A stretch of DNA of 39,198 nt, from sequence record SRR31156797_604. One strand, given 5' to 3'. The stretch's first letter is position 1; each line of letters begins with the position of its first letter. Both the position numbers and the translations under genes were made by a program. Below, piece by piece: positions 38,952-39,198 of the stretch. The notes beneath the pieces are model-generated. The model had not been told where the DNA came from and searched no databases. It worked only from the letters and a program-made list of their open reading frames with translations.

Positions 38952-39198
38952 TGGATCTGTTGACAAATAGATAAATAAAACCATATATATGGTATAATAG
39001 TAATATAGAATATAGCTGAGAAAATGCTTATGATGAAATGTCAAAAAGGCAAACAGTTTGAGATAATATGTTTGGATTCAGGCGAAATGATACTAGATAA
39101 TCATTTGCTTAAACAGATATAAAAATCATATATCATTTGATTTCATATATGAAAAAGTGGAAAATTTGTATTCAAATAAAGGCAGAGCATCCATTGAC
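38952..39198 (+). mobile_element. Left end of an IS1182-family insertion sequence, running off the window
   Basis: CTGTTGACAAA resembles Firmicute IS1182-type ends as I recall them, followed by TG-n-TATAAT and the transposase N-terminus. The exact boundary is uncertain. Confidence 0.65.
39030..39198 (+). pseudogene. Frameshifted IS1182-family transposase N-terminus (DUF772-like)
   Basis: Frame A gives MMKCQKGKQFEIICLDSGEMILDNHLLKQI then TAA at 39120. Skipping T39120 continues KNHISFDFIYEKVENLYSNKGRASID, matching the HLL..I...I.F.FIY......YS..GR.SIDP signature. Confidence 0.8.

Noticed and set aside
39044-39110. AAAGGCAAAC resembling the start of a c-di-GMP-I riboswitch
   Set aside because: No GAAA tetraloop stem and no GACGCAAAG or P2; the sequence is better explained as transposase coding DNA.

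Overview
AT-rich chromosomal window from what looks like a Clostridia-type, probably spore-forming Firmicute. It is mostly core metabolism. In order: a 3'-truncated tRNA-Arg(ACG); yabO-ispDF-HD (minus); a hisZGDBHAF(IE) operon with a HisR/YerC-type operator but no hisC; an AprX-like subtilase divergent from a double RsfA/Myb-like regulator; a rhodanese; divergent GH36 alpha- and GH2 beta-galactosidases; a very acidic membrane-anchored PrsA/SurA-like foldase and a YibE/F protein; a gcvT-H-PA-PB operon under a tandem glycine riboswitch, divergent from lipA-lplA; a DtxR/MntR regulator; thiT under a TPP riboswitch; yfbR and a GT-C-like membrane protein; a SpoIID/LytB hydrolase with SH3b domains; a stand-alone gap; a methyltransferase; Crp/Fnr-ferredoxin-thioredoxin; and tyrS-yigZ-trpS. 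The right edge holds the frameshifted start of an IS1182-family transposase that the ORF track misses. I see no CRISPR, prophage or defence island. The most unusual signal is a 22-bp inverted repeat (20/22 identical) that brackets the thiT transcript, from its predicted +1 to just past its stop codon. It could be end-to-end mRNA pairing, an invertible segment or a paired operator. Next is a possible structured RNA between lipA and lplA. Both are inferences that need testing.
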